Of a stretch of 64,000 nucleotides of DNA, positions 14,923-24,535 are shown piece by piece. The stretch is from positions 15,035 to 79,034 of the forward strand of contig CAVWHE010000006.1 in NCBI GenBank assembly GCA_963754845.1. Direction: 5' to 3'. Origin of the DNA: an uncultured bacterium (lineage in GTDB: Bacteria > Babelota > Babeliae > Babelales > Vermiphilaceae). Made by a program: the position numbers and the translations under genes. How positions within the stretch are numbered: the stretch's first letter is position 1; every line of letters starts with the position of its first letter. The notes beneath the pieces are model-generated. The model saw only the letters and a program-made list of their open reading frames with translations, had not been told where the DNA came from and made no database searches.

Positions 14923-16012
14923 TTAGCGTGGCTTTGGTACAAGGTCTTTAAGTGCCTCGTCGGCGAGCTCTTTCAATTCATCCTCACGTGCCTGTTCATA
15001 GGTGAGTCTCTTGAGATCTTTACCGGATGAGTCACGAAAGACAATGCGTGTTTCAGGAACACGAAGATGGTTACCCGACCACTGAGTTTTTTGAAGCGAC
15101 ATAACGATCCTGTGGCGCGTCATGAGCTCGGCCACGCATGGAAAATTCGACTGCGAGCGTATGAGACAATCAAAGTGCGTAAGGACAAGCATATCGGTAA
15201 GGATGCTTCTTTGGTCTTGTTTGTTATTGCGACTGTAATCCCACATAATTGTTGATCCTGGAACGCGCGTTTTAAACCTTTCAAGAAGGGCCGCTGGATC
15301 TTTGTCATCGGTGAAAATACAGATGTAGAGCGGCCGTTCGCCGATAAGGCGCACGAACCTGCGCAACTGATCGACGTAAAACTGTTCTGGGGGAAATTTC
15401 ATGGGCCATCCACCGTCGGCTCCAGAGCGGTGAGCTTCAAAAAATTGCTCCGAATATTGCGTCGACCCTAGGGCCGGATCGCCACCGGAACCTTTGCGCA
15501 CGTGAACAGCAACCGAAATGCGACCTTGAGGGATGACGGGAGCAGGTACGGCAACGATAGGCTGCAGCATAGCTCGGTATTTTTTCGTAAATGACGGGCT
15601 CACGTACAACGGCGTCACAAATACCTTGTCCGCACGAGGTGGCAATGGCAAGTATCGAAGATTCGAAGGCATCAACGGGGGGTATTTCCCTTATGACAAT
15701 TTTATGCGCATAGCCTCTTTCAAAGCCCGCGGGGCGCGGTTTCTCATACTTCGATAGCGCAAAGTAATCATGCCCACGAAAGGGCTTGAAAAAAAACGGG
15801 ATGTCATACTTGAGTGAAATATATTTTGCTACGCAGTAGAACAAAAGTTGGTCCCCGAGACGGCCTCCTCCTTCGTGTGTAATGGCGATGTTTCTTTGTG
15901 CCACTGGCTCGCGGACACCGCACGAGCTGTGGACAACCATCACAAACATACCAGAAATGATGACAACACAGACCAGAGTGGCACCAATCCTTCGCATGTT
16001 TTCTTGTTTCAT
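14923..16012 (-). pseudogene. GT11-like glycosyltransferase (alpha-1,2-fucosyltransferase family pattern) split by a frameshift at a homopolymer
   Basis: The N-terminal ORF (15437..16096, likely start ATG 16012) carries HEGGGRLGDQLLFYCVAKYISLKY (compare GGLGNQ.FQYA). The C-terminal ORF (14923..15675) carries VAVHVRKGSGGD (compare HVRRGDY) and DMLVLTHFDCLIRSQSNFPCVAEL (compare DM.LMS.C...I.SNSTFSWW). The frames switch at REIPP | LMPSNL, exactly at the G6 run 15677-15682 (C6 on the coding strand). Confidence 0.6.
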
Positions 16013-16067
16013 AAATAGGATCTCCTTATTTTTGTTTTTTGACGGCCTTACTTGGCGTACGCGGCTT

Positions 16068-17222
16068 TCAGCACGATCCTCCTGTGTCGTGAGCATCAGC
16101 CATGAGTTCTATCCAAATTTCATTGAGAACTTTTTCTGGTATTTTCGCCCTGAAAAAAGCCATACGGGCGAACTGCGTGTCGGGGGGGCAAAATTGTTCG
16201 TTTTCGCTTTTTTGCAAGCGCCTGATCGGCGGGCACATACCGTAAAGTTCGCGGTGGCGCTCGAGGACATCGGCACGATACAGGTAATTAATAAATTCGT
16301 AGGCAAGATCGTCCTTGGTGCTTTTTCCTGCAAGAGCGAAAGAATCTATGACAACAAAACCCCCCTCGCGTGGAACGATAAAATCGATATAAGGATGGGT
16401 TTTTTTGATGCGCAAAACATCTGGTCCCGTGGCAACAACAACGGGACAACTCTGGCTTAAAAGGAGATTTTCGGCACCGCTTTCCGTGTACGCTTCGACC
16501 CACGCGCGTTGCTCAGAAAGTACTTTTTGTATCGCACGAATATGTTCTGAGCCAATTTCGTCTTGAGCTCCGAAGAGATAAAAACAGGCAAGGAGAACGG
16601 CCTCGCGGGCTGATTCGGGCATACCGACTGTCCAGGACACTTTGTTTTTGTCAAAAATAAGCCCCCACGAAGCCTCAGGAACCGGACCATTGCCATTGTT
16701 ATTGAAAAAACGCGTGTCAATCCCGAGGCCGTAAACTGCCCAAAGGTAGGGAAGAGTGTATTTGTTGCCCCTATCAAAATAAAGGTCAAGGAGCTTGCCA
16801 TCGAGTTCGTGCCAAAAACGGATTTTCGTTGTATCTATCCTTTTTATAAGGCCGTCATCAACGAGCGCCTGGACGATGTAGTCGGAGGGAATTATAATAT
16901 CGTAGCCTGTGCCACCTGTCGCCTTGAGTTTGCTAAAAAGCTCTTCATTTGTTTCGTAGTAGCTCACATTGACCTTGATGCCCGTCTCTCGCTCAAAGGC
17001 TTGCAAGCACGTATTGTCAATGAGCATGGGCCATGTGAAAACGTTGATGCTTCGCGAGCCTTTAAAAAGCTGAATTACGTGAGAGAATCCCACAAAAACG
17101 AGGAGTACGCAGAGCCAAAAAACAAACATCAAACTACGTACAGCAACGGTAGTCCAGTGTGTGCAGAGCATACGTAGTCTCCGAAGGATTACAAACATTG
17201 TTCCCGGCGCTGATATCACCAA
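16068..17222 (-). CDS. potD: Spermidine/putrescine ABC transporter substrate-binding protein
   Basis: It has an N-terminal anchor. A PotD-like block follows: INVFTWPMLIDNTCLQAFERETGIKVNVSYYETNEELFSKLKATGGTGYDIIIPSDY. It is the last gene of a potA-B-C-D ordered operon. Confidence 0.8.
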   Translation of the reverse strand: MVISAPGTMFVILRRLRMLCTHWTTVAVRSLMFVFWLCVLLVFVGFSHVIQLFKGSRSINVFTWPMLIDNTCLQAFERETGIKVNVSYYETNEELFSKLKATGGTGYDIIIPSDYIVQALVDDGLIKRIDTTKIRFWHELDGKLLDLYFDRGNKYTLPYLWAVYGLGIDTRFFNNNGNGPVPEASWGLIFDKNKVSWTVGMPESAREAVLLACFYLFGAQDEIGSEHIRAIQKVLSEQRAWVEAYTESGAENLLLSQSCPVVVATGPDVLRIKKTHPYIDFIVPREGGFVVIDSFALAGKSTKDDLAYEFINYLYRADVLERHRELYGMCPPIRRLQKSENEQFCPPDTQFARMAFFRAKIPEKVLNEIWIELMADAHDTGGSC

Positions 17223-17243
17223 AACTTAGTGTATCGCGAACGT

Positions 17244-18029
17244 TTACCCCGTGAAAGAAAAACCTTTGCGCGTTTGCATGAATGCCATGAGAACAATAAT
17301 AAAGCTCCCGAAACCAAGGAGGACAACCGAAAGAGCGTTGACCATAGGAGAGCCTCCCGCGCGTACGGCGGAAAAAATATAGAGGGGTAGCGTTTGCACC
17401 TGAGCCCCGGCGCAAAAAAACGCTATCAAGAAATCATCAAGCGATACGACAAAAATAAGAAGCGATGAGGCCACGAGCGAAGGAGTTAAAAGCGGGAGAA
17501 TAATTTTGCCAAATGTTTGCAGGTGCGTTGCCCCCAGGTCAAGCGAAGCCTCGCTGAGGTGTTTTTCAAGTTCAGCATACCGTGCATTGATCGTGGGGAC
17601 TGCATAACCGAGACCCAGGAGTGTGTGCCCGGCAATAAGGGTCGTGTAACCGAGTGGTACGTGAAGAAGCGAGAAAAAACCCAGAAGGCCAACGGCGACG
17701 ATAACTTCCGGAACAAGGAGGGCCCCGTAAAAGAGTGCAAAAAAGCGACGAAATCTATCGGGGCTGTAACACACAAGAAAAGCCGCCATCGTTATGCTGA
17801 GAAAGACGCTTGAAAGTGCAACAATGAGTGAATCACGCAAGGCAAGCCATGCTTGGCGTGAGGCAAAAAGCTGCACGTACCAACGCAAGGAAAAGCCTCC
17901 CCACTCGTAGGCCACTGATGAGGAACTCAATGAAAAAACGACAAGAACGGCGATGGGAACGTAGAGAAAAATAAAAAAAAGGGCAACGAACATCGGCAGA
18001 GCTACGCGTGAGCACGATGTGCTTTTCAT
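17244..18029 (-). CDS. potC: Spermidine/putrescine ABC transporter permease
   Basis: 261 aa with six hydrophobic segments. The BPD-transporter EAA-type loop is LEKHLSEASLDLGATHLQTFGKIILPLL. Confidence 0.8.
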   Translation of the reverse strand: MKSTSCSRVALPMFVALFFIFLYVPIAVLVVFSLSSSSVAYEWGGFSLRWYVQLFASRQAWLALRDSLIVALSSVFLSITMAAFLVCYSPDRFRRFFALFYGALLVPEVIVAVGLLGFFSLLHVPLGYTTLIAGHTLLGLGYAVPTINARYAELEKHLSEASLDLGATHLQTFGKIILPLLTPSLVASSLLIFVVSLDDFLIAFFCAGAQVQTLPLYIFSAVRAGGSPMVNALSVVLLGFGSFIIVLMAFMQTRKGFSFTG

Positions 18030-18041
18030 CTTTGCCTCTCC

Positions 18042-18914
18042 TTATGAGCCACGCGTTTTAACAACGCCCGCTTGCTTGCTTAAGTAACGGTATATAAAAA
18101 ACGACGCGCATACGACAACACAGCTACTTATACACGTAAAAGCCGAGCCCAGGGCAAAATTGCGCACCGTCAGATAGTAATACGAAATGAGCGAGCCGAC
18201 GAACATTTGTTTGCCTCCCCCCAGGAGCGCGGGGATAACAAATTCGCCAAAAACAGGGATAAAGACGAGAAAAAAACCCGTACGCACGCCCGGCGAAGAA
18301 AGAGGCATGATGACGTGAAGCCACGTTGCCCACCACCGCGCCCCGAGATCAAGTGACGCCTCAATGAGCCGCTCGTCGAGCTTTTCGAAAATTGCATAGA
18401 GCGGCAAAATCATGAAGGGAACGTAGCAGTATACCATGCCCACGTACACGGCCCACGGCGTGTTGAGTATGTGGACGGGGCTTCCGACAATACCGAGTTT
18501 CAAAAGAATGGTATTGAGAAGACCCGCGCGACCAAGCATAAAGAACCATGCGTAGGCCTGTATGAGAAGGTTGACGCTAAAAGGGAGCATGACGAGAAAA
18601 AGGAGGACATTTTTCCAACGCCGGGCACGGCGCGCAATGAAATAGGCGACAGGGTATCCCACGACAAGACATACCGTCGCCGTGGAAAATGCCAAAAAGA
18701 GCGACCGGCGTATGATGGCCAGGTAAGGCCAATCGATAAAGTTCACGTAATTGCCGAGACTCATGATGGAAAATGCCGATGTCGATGATGTCGTCACACA
18801 AAAACTTTGCGCAATAACCGTGGTGAGGGGAACGTAAAAAAAGAGGACGATCCAGGCAACCGCCGGCATGGAAACAAAAAACGCCACGTCCTTGCGCACT
18901 AAAAACTTGAACAT
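18042..18914 (-). CDS. potB: Spermidine/putrescine ABC transporter permease
   Basis: 290 aa. The EAA loop is LDERLIEASLDLGARWWATWLHVIMPLSSPG. It lies between potA and potC. Confidence 0.8.
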   Translation of the reverse strand: MFKFLVRKDVAFFVSMPAVAWIVLFFYVPLTTVIAQSFCVTTSSTSAFSIMSLGNYVNFIDWPYLAIIRRSLFLAFSTATVCLVVGYPVAYFIARRARRWKNVLLFLVMLPFSVNLLIQAYAWFFMLGRAGLLNTILLKLGIVGSPVHILNTPWAVYVGMVYCYVPFMILPLYAIFEKLDERLIEASLDLGARWWATWLHVIMPLSSPGVRTGFFLVFIPVFGEFVIPALLGGGKQMFVGSLISYYYLTVRNFALGSAFTCISSCVVVCASFFIYRYLSKQAGVVKTRGS

Positions 18915-18932
18915 CTGCGCCCCTACACATCT

Positions 18933-20048
18933 CTATTGTTCGAGTATGACCACGTTTTCCTTCTGCCAGTACATAGTGACTTCATCGTCGTAGTCGATGA
19001 CTTCCTGGGGAAAGTGCTCCTCATTTTGCTCAAAAACACGCACGACGGCTCCTCCACGAATTTGAACATTGTAGCGAGTCGAGCTGCCGTGGTACACGAT
19101 GGTTTTTACGCTGCCACACACGTGATTGGAAAAACCCGTCAGAGGCTTTTTGCTGATATCTATTTTTTCAGGACGCAGGCTCATGAGTACAGTGGCACCA
19201 TGGTGTGCCCACGATTTATCAGGTGGAACAACAACACGACACAGTCCCAGCCCATCGATGGCAATGGTTGATTCGCCATCTTCAAGATTAAGAATGCCCT
19301 TGAAGATATTGGTTGTGCCGACAAATTTTGCAACAAAGGACGACGTAGGAAATTCGTAAATTTCCTTGGGCGTCCCGACCTGTTCAACGTCTCCATCGTA
19401 GTTCATAATTGCCATCGAATCGGCAACCGTGAGGGCCTCGAGTTGGTCGTGAGTTATGTATACGAACGTCGAACCAAGGACATCCTGAAGTTCTATGAGC
19501 TCAACGAGCATGCGTTCGCGGAGCTTCATATCAAGCGCAGCAAGCGGCTCGTCAAGCAGAAGAACGTCTGGTTTATTAATGACGGCACGCGCCAGAGCAA
19601 CACGCTGCTGTTGGCCACCTGAAAGTTGTTGAATCGAGCGCGTGATCATTTTTTCAAGGTGGACCATGACGAGAGCGTCGTGCACACGCTCGGCGACGAC
19701 ATCTTCGGCGAAGCCTTTGACGCGAAGTCCATACGCAACATTGTCAAATACGTTGAGATGAGGGAAAAGAGCGTAGTTTTGAAAGACTGTATTGACGCGC
19801 CGTTCGTTGATCGGCATGGCCGTAATGTCCTGATTGCCCAAGAAAATGCGCCCGGCATCGACGGATTCAAAGCCGGCAATGAGGCGCAGCAACGTCGTCT
19901 TGCCACTTCCGCTCGGGCCTAAAATGGCAAAGAACTTGCCACCGGGTATGGTCAACGTGAGATCATCGAAAACAACGGCATCGGCAAAGCGTTTCCTGAC
20001 GTGCTCAAGTCTAATGCTCCTCGTGTCCATCTCCACGCGTCCCTGCAA
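18933..20048 (-). CDS. potA: Spermidine/putrescine ABC transporter ATP-binding protein
   Basis: It carries Walker A GPSGSGKTT, the Q-loop VFQNYALFPH, the signature [14 protein letters not shown] and Walker B LLLDEP. A TOBE-like C-terminal domain is present. The probable start is the internal MDTRSIRL at 20030. Confidence 0.9.
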   Translation of the reverse strand: MQGRVEMDTRSIRLEHVRKRFADAVVFDDLTLTIPGGKFFAILGPSGSGKTTLLRLIAGFESVDAGRIFLGNQDITAMPINERRVNTVFQNYALFPHLNVFDNVAYGLRVKGFAEDVVAERVHDALVMVHLEKMITRSIQQLSGGQQQRVALARAVINKPDVLLLDEPLAALDMKLRERMLVELIELQDVLGSTFVYITHDQLEALTVADSMAIMNYDGDVEQVGTPKEIYEFPTSSFVAKFVGTTNIFKGILNLEDGESTIAIDGLGLCRVVVPPDKSWAHHGATVLMSLRPEKIDISKKPLTGFSNHVCGSVKTIVYHGSSTRYNVQIRGGAVVRVFEQNEEHFPQEVIDYDDEVTMYWQKENVVILEQ

Positions 20049-20835
20049 AGAAAATGGGAACTACAACATCCGACATTGAACATGGTATCACGACGGCAAT
20101 GATGAGAAAAATAAAAACAAAGCCGATGTCATGGTACCACGTGATAAAACCGTGCGAGACAAGGTAGAAGGCTGCCGCTAGCGAGCTCACGAGCGTGTGG
20201 ATGCTGTGGGAAAAAACCGAATACATGGGTTGCATCGACGTGCGATGCCTGCTCATGATAAAACCATTGGCAATGCCAACGCCAAGAAACGGCACAACCT
20301 TGGTTATATCGGTGACAAAGCAAATGTGAAGCCTCATGGGAACGCCCAAAAGTCTGCCACCAATGTAGGGTAAAAGTACATCCGACATGACGCAAAACGT
20401 TATGGGGCATACAACGGCCAGAAGAAGCGCCTGCCACACATTGCGCGAAAAGCGAAAGAACGTTATAACGGTCCCCGTTGCAGCAAAAACGATGTGCATA
20501 AAGTGAAAACTATGAAAGAGAATAGTGGCACCATCGCAGAGAGCTGCTTCATTGCGGTCGGCAACGAAGAAAAAACTTGCAAAACTCAGGATGACAAGAG
20601 CAAAAGCGACAGAAAAAATGGCATAGGGAACATGAGCCACCACCTCTTTGATGATGACGTGCGAGTCACAGCAATGTCGATGTCCACAGTGGTCGTTCAT
20701 GCCTTCCATGCTCCCGTAACCATGATACTGAACGCTGACGAGCGCCGATGCGTGCGACAACGCACAGCAACAATAGCGTTTTTTTGCCCGTAAATCAAAA
20801 GAATCGTGCAGAGCCCACAATGATGCGCTCTGCAC
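20011..20835 (-). CDS. Multi-pass membrane protein with His/Cys-rich N-terminus (possible metal-ion transporter)
   Basis: The N-terminus reads HCGHRHCCDSH. At least six hydrophobic helices follow, with conserved-looking His residues (LFHSFHFMHIVFAATG, FSHSIHTLVSS). I recognised no family with certainty. Confidence 0.45.
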   Translation of the reverse strand: MQSASLWALHDSFDLRAKKRYCCCALSHASALVSVQYHGYGSMEGMNDHCGHRHCCDSHVIIKEVVAHVPYAIFSVAFALVILSFASFFFVADRNEAALCDGATILFHSFHFMHIVFAATGTVITFFRFSRNVWQALLLAVVCPITFCVMSDVLLPYIGGRLLGVPMRLHICFVTDITKVVPFLGVGIANGFIMSRHRTSMQPMYSVFSHSIHTLVSSLAAAFYLVSHGFITWYHDIGFVFIFLIIAVVIPCSMSDVVVPIFFAGTRGDGHEEH

Positions 20836-20924
20836 ATAATCCTCTACGCCGCAAGAACAATTGTGAGGTACGTATAAGCCGGTAGCTCACGATGTTTTTT
20901 CAAGCCCGCCGTACTTTGTAACAA

Positions 20925-21518
20925 TCAGGCTGGGGTTGCCAACGAGTCGCTCGGCATGATAACGCCAAAATTTTTACTGCGACCCTTCACTATTTCGAAG
21001 GGCCGATTTAGTGCCCCCGCAACATCAGTGAAAAGCTTATAATCTCCTTTGCGATTAACATCATCGAAAATCATGATGCAATTAGTTTTAAAAAGCGCCA
21101 GATTGGTATAGAAGCCATAGCGGGAATTTTCGTTAATACCGACCGGACCGTCGATCAAAATAAGATCGTACTGGTGGGGAAGTTGAGTTTTGAGGACGTT
21201 AACATCGTACCAACCGTTAACTAGGAGAGCGTAAATGTAATGTGAGTCAAACCGATTGAGCCACTTTTTGTCATGCTCTACGGAATAAACGGTATAGTGT
21301 TTGACAAGCTCGCCAGTTGCCCATCCACTTCCCAATTCAAGCACTGTTTTTCCGTCAGGCAGGACGCTCAAGATGTAGTCAAAAAGTTGCCTCTCAACCG
21401 CCCAGCCTCCAAAATCGCGTTCGATGTCCTCGCTGTTCGCGTCCATAAGTTCACCGGCGGCCTCACATGCTGCGGTTGTAAGCATCAAAAAAAAGAAGCC
21501 AAAGATAATGCTTTTCAT
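20925..21518 (-). CDS. Secreted class-I SAM-methyltransferase-fold protein (putative)
   Basis: The signal peptide is MKSIIFGFFFLMLTTAACEAAG. Motif I is VLELGSGWATGEL. A later acidic strand reads YDLILIDGPVG. The overall length (197 aa) fits a minimal Rossmann methyltransferase. Confidence 0.45.
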   Translation of the reverse strand: MKSIIFGFFFLMLTTAACEAAGELMDANSEDIERDFGGWAVERQLFDYILSVLPDGKTVLELGSGWATGELVKHYTVYSVEHDKKWLNRFDSHYIYALLVNGWYDVNVLKTQLPHQYDLILIDGPVGINENSRYGFYTNLALFKTNCIMIFDDVNRKGDYKLFTDVAGALNRPFEIVKGRSKNFGVIMPSDSLATPA

Positions 21519-21600
21519 CTCACATCACTCCCATTTAGGTTTTCCAATATCAGCCTTTGTGCGCTTTCTTTTACGCACTCATAGTTTCGTCGGCACAGTC

Positions 21601-22727
21601 AAGTATGAAGTGCAACACTTTAAAATTTCGAGTTGAAACGTTGTTTTGGTGGTAAAAAAGGTCATCTGCATCCTGCCGCTCCTTTCTGTTTCACATCAAT
21701 TCCCGCGTGTATTTCGCGGGGCGTATAAAACCCCAAACAGGCGAGTGGAATATTGTTTATGAGGTCAGCAACCTCGTCAAGCCGCTCCTGTGTTATATGT
21801 GCTTCATCGACCTTAAAGGGTAAGAAGCGCCGGATACGCTTGTGTACATTTTCAACGGACCCTTTTTGCCATGGGGCTCCCGGATCGCAAAAGTACGTTG
21901 ATATACCCAAGTTTTTTGTTATCTGCCCATGGAGGGTGAACTCTGAACCGTTATCGAACGTTATGCTCTTGACACCGAGAGTCTTGGCGAGATTTTCCAT
22001 GGAGTCTATAATCATTTGTGATCTTTTTGAACAATTCTTCGTGAGCATGATCATTCTGCTTTTTCTGTCTATAAGAGTGAGTACGTTGCTTGACAGACTC
22101 CCAGAATTAAAGAAAAGATCGCCCTCAAGATGTCCGAGCTGGTCGCGTTTTTCGATATCCTTTGGTCTGTCATGGATCGAAACACGGTCGGGTATACTCG
22201 TTAATGGCTTTCGCGCTCTCAACACGCCTCGCTTCGGTCGCTTTTGCGGCAAGAACGTATAGAGTCCTCGCTCAATGCCGTCACTGCTGTAAATCCACGC
22301 ATAGACCGCCTCTTTGGTTATAGCTTCATTGGCTTTCTCCATCGACCAACGTCCAGCGATTGTTCCAGGAGACCAACCTTGCTTGAGCTTTCCCTCGACA
22401 TACTCGGTAAATCCCTTGATACGTACTGCTTTGTAGCCGTGATGCGCCTTTCGTTTATCCGTGAGCTCCTTCCTGGGCGCGCTGCGGATAATGATAAAAA
22501 CCTTGCTCGTTGCTATTTCTTCTCAACTCCCTACTGATCGTTGATGGCGCTCTTTCCAGACTTCGAGCTATGAAGCGAGCTGATTGGCCGCTGTTGTGAA
22601 CTTAAAAAATCTTTGCTCTTTCTGCCTGCGAAATTTGTGTATACTTTCTCATGCAACACCTTTTTCCTGTTGGATTTTTTGCATATAAAATAATTATATA
22701 ACAGGATAGGTGTTGCACTTCAACTTA
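21601..22727 (-). mobile_element. IS30-family insertion sequence, decayed
   Basis: The terminal inverted repeats are AAGTATGAAGTGCAACAC (21601-21618) and GTGTTGCACTTCAACTT (22710-22726). They enclose a 1.1-kb element that encodes an interrupted IS30-type DDE transposase. Confidence 0.75.
21662..22652 (-). pseudogene. IS30-family transposase, interrupted by an in-frame TAA and a frameshift
   Basis: The catalytic part is intact in ORF 21662..22342 (HLEGDL...TFDNGSEF...PWQKGSVEN). The N-terminal HTH part, read from ATG 22652, is MRKYTQISQAERAKIF*VHNSGQSARFIARSLERAPSTISRELRRNS. It then shifts frame before ...KQGWSPGTIAGRWSMEKANEAITKEAVYAWIY. The span is 991 nt, which is not divisible by 3. Confidence 0.8.
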
Positions 22728-22937
22728 GTCTATGCACACCACCGTATGATGCCAACGATCGTGGCCGCCAGAACCACCAATGGCATACACCATCAAGACC
22801 CATATTATGGCTTTGTCAAAATGCTTGTCAAGACAATTGCGTTTGCCCTCTTGCGCAACGGCAGAAAATGGAGTAGCTATGATGTACAGGAGCATCGAAA
22901 ACGTCAGCGTGATGGGGTAAACAACTGAGGCAAAAGC

Positions 22938-23825
22938 GTGCCGTACGTTTGTGAAAGAGTCAGAGACATTGCCGCGCAGCTCAAAAAGGCAGGATTCGGA
23001 TGCACGCAGGAATGTGCACAGCACGCGTGGTGGCTTCTGGAATCACTCACGGGTAAAAGTCTCACCGAACTTATGATTGCCACGCCACCCGTACTTACTG
23101 AAAAACATAACGAGACTCTCGACACCTGGTTAAAAAAAATTGTTCACGAACACATGCCGCCTCAGTACCTCTGGGATGGCATTCCTTTTGCCGGTGTTAC
23201 CATTAGCATCGCCCCCCCCGTGCTTATACCGCGACCTGAAACCGAGTGGTGGGTTGCCGGACTCATCGATGAGGCCAGAGCCTTAAAAGCACGCCACCTC
23301 CGCATTCTTGATATGTTTACCGGAAGCGGTTGTATTGCGATAGCCTTCGCGAAGGCCATTGCCCATGCCCGCGTGTATGCCAGCGATATTGATGAAACGG
23401 CCCTGCGCTGTGCACGTGCCAACAATGAACGCAACGGGACATCGGCAACCTTCAGCACATCTGACATTTTTGCGGCACTTTCGGGTGGAGAACACTACGA
23501 CATAATCGTTGGCAACCCTCCCTACGTCGCACCCGATGAGTGGAATTCCCTTGCTGCGAGTGTACGGTGCTGGGAGGACAAACGTGCCCTCGTTGCCGAC
23601 GACGACGGCTATGCCCTCATAAAAACTTTCGTCGCGCAGGCACGGTCATTTTTGCGCTCGGAGGACCCATCGACGCGCACATTCCGACATAACCTTGTGT
23701 TTGAAATAGGACACAAGCAGGGTGCGCACGTCAGAGAAATCCTGGAAAAACATGGTTATTGCGATGTTATCATCGAAAAAGACGTGAGGGGAAAGGATCG
23801 CGTCGCACGCTCGCGGTTGGCGTAG
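22938..23825 (+). CDS. prmC: Peptide chain release factor N5-glutamine methyltransferase
   Basis: 295 aa. SAM motif ILDMFTGSGCIAIA and catalytic motif IIVGNPPYV are present. The start codon is GTG. Confidence 0.85.
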   Translation: MPYVCERVRDIAAQLKKAGFGCTQECAQHAWWLLESLTGKSLTELMIATPPVLTEKHNETLDTWLKKIVHEHMPPQYLWDGIPFAGVTISIAPPVLIPRPETEWWVAGLIDEARALKARHLRILDMFTGSGCIAIAFAKAIAHARVYASDIDETALRCARANNERNGTSATFSTSDIFAALSGGEHYDIIVGNPPYVAPDEWNSLAASVRCWEDKRALVADDDGYALIKTFVAQARSFLRSEDPSTRTFRHNLVFEIGHKQGAHVREILEKHGYCDVIIEKDVRGKDRVARSRLA

Positions 23826-23858
23826 ACCGCTCGTTCGCGAATCATAGGTGCAGTTCTC

Positions 23859-24533
23859 ATGAGGATTTTTAGATCGGCGGTAAGGAATTTTGTTGCCCTT
23901 GCTTTCGGACCGCGTGAACTTGCGTGGGCGTGCGTACAGCGACCAGCTGACGCTGAGAAATTCACGCTTGTAGCAAGCGGACGATGCACGTGTGATGATG
24001 GGGAAGTCGGTGACGGCATTATTTTCAATCCGACGCGTATAGACAAACTCACGCACTCATGTTTGGCGCGACTGCCACACCACAACCGCCACCTGCGTAT
24101 AAGTCTATCGCCGCCGTCAGTCACGGAATTCATTGTCACGACCATGGGCGAGCCTCCACGTCGCGAGGATCTTGGCGACGAACGTCGTGCGCTCATGGTG
24201 TGGCAAGCAACAAGTATTGGCAAAAGCGATGCTGCCCATACCGTGTTCTACGTGGGAGCGATACGTCGCGAGCATCTTTTTCAGTATGAGCTCCTGGCAC
24301 TGCGTCAGCCCTGCCGTCTCGATTGCATAACAACGCGAGCAAGTACGCTCTTGTGCGCTCATGCGCGTGCTAGTGGTGTTGGCAACCATGAAATGTACGC
24401 TCTATCATGTTTGGAGGATCTTGAACGATTGGCGACGGCTGAGCTTGTTGCGACGCTCTGCGACGGTGTTCCTGATGATGCGGACCAGAAGATTATGGTC
24501 GAACTCATAGGGTTGTGTTGCACACGAGGCTGA
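23859..24533 (+). CDS. Hypothetical protein, weakly PilM-like N-terminal pattern
   Basis: 224 aa. The N-terminal stretch VALAFGPRELAWACVQRP..KFTLVASGRCTCDDGEVGDGIIFNPTRI resembles the first actin-like subdomain of PilM. The protein is about 130 aa shorter than PilM. Its stop lies 2 nt before the start of the next gene. Confidence 0.3.
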   Translation: MRIFRSAVRNFVALAFGPRELAWACVQRPADAEKFTLVASGRCTCDDGEVGDGIIFNPTRIDKLTHSCLARLPHHNRHLRISLSPPSVTEFIVTTMGEPPRREDLGDERRALMVWQATSIGKSDAAHTVFYVGAIRREHLFQYELLALRQPCRLDCITTRASTLLCAHARASGVGNHEMYALSCLEDLERLATAELVATLCDGVPDDADQKIMVELIGLCCTRG

Positions 24534-24535
24534 CT

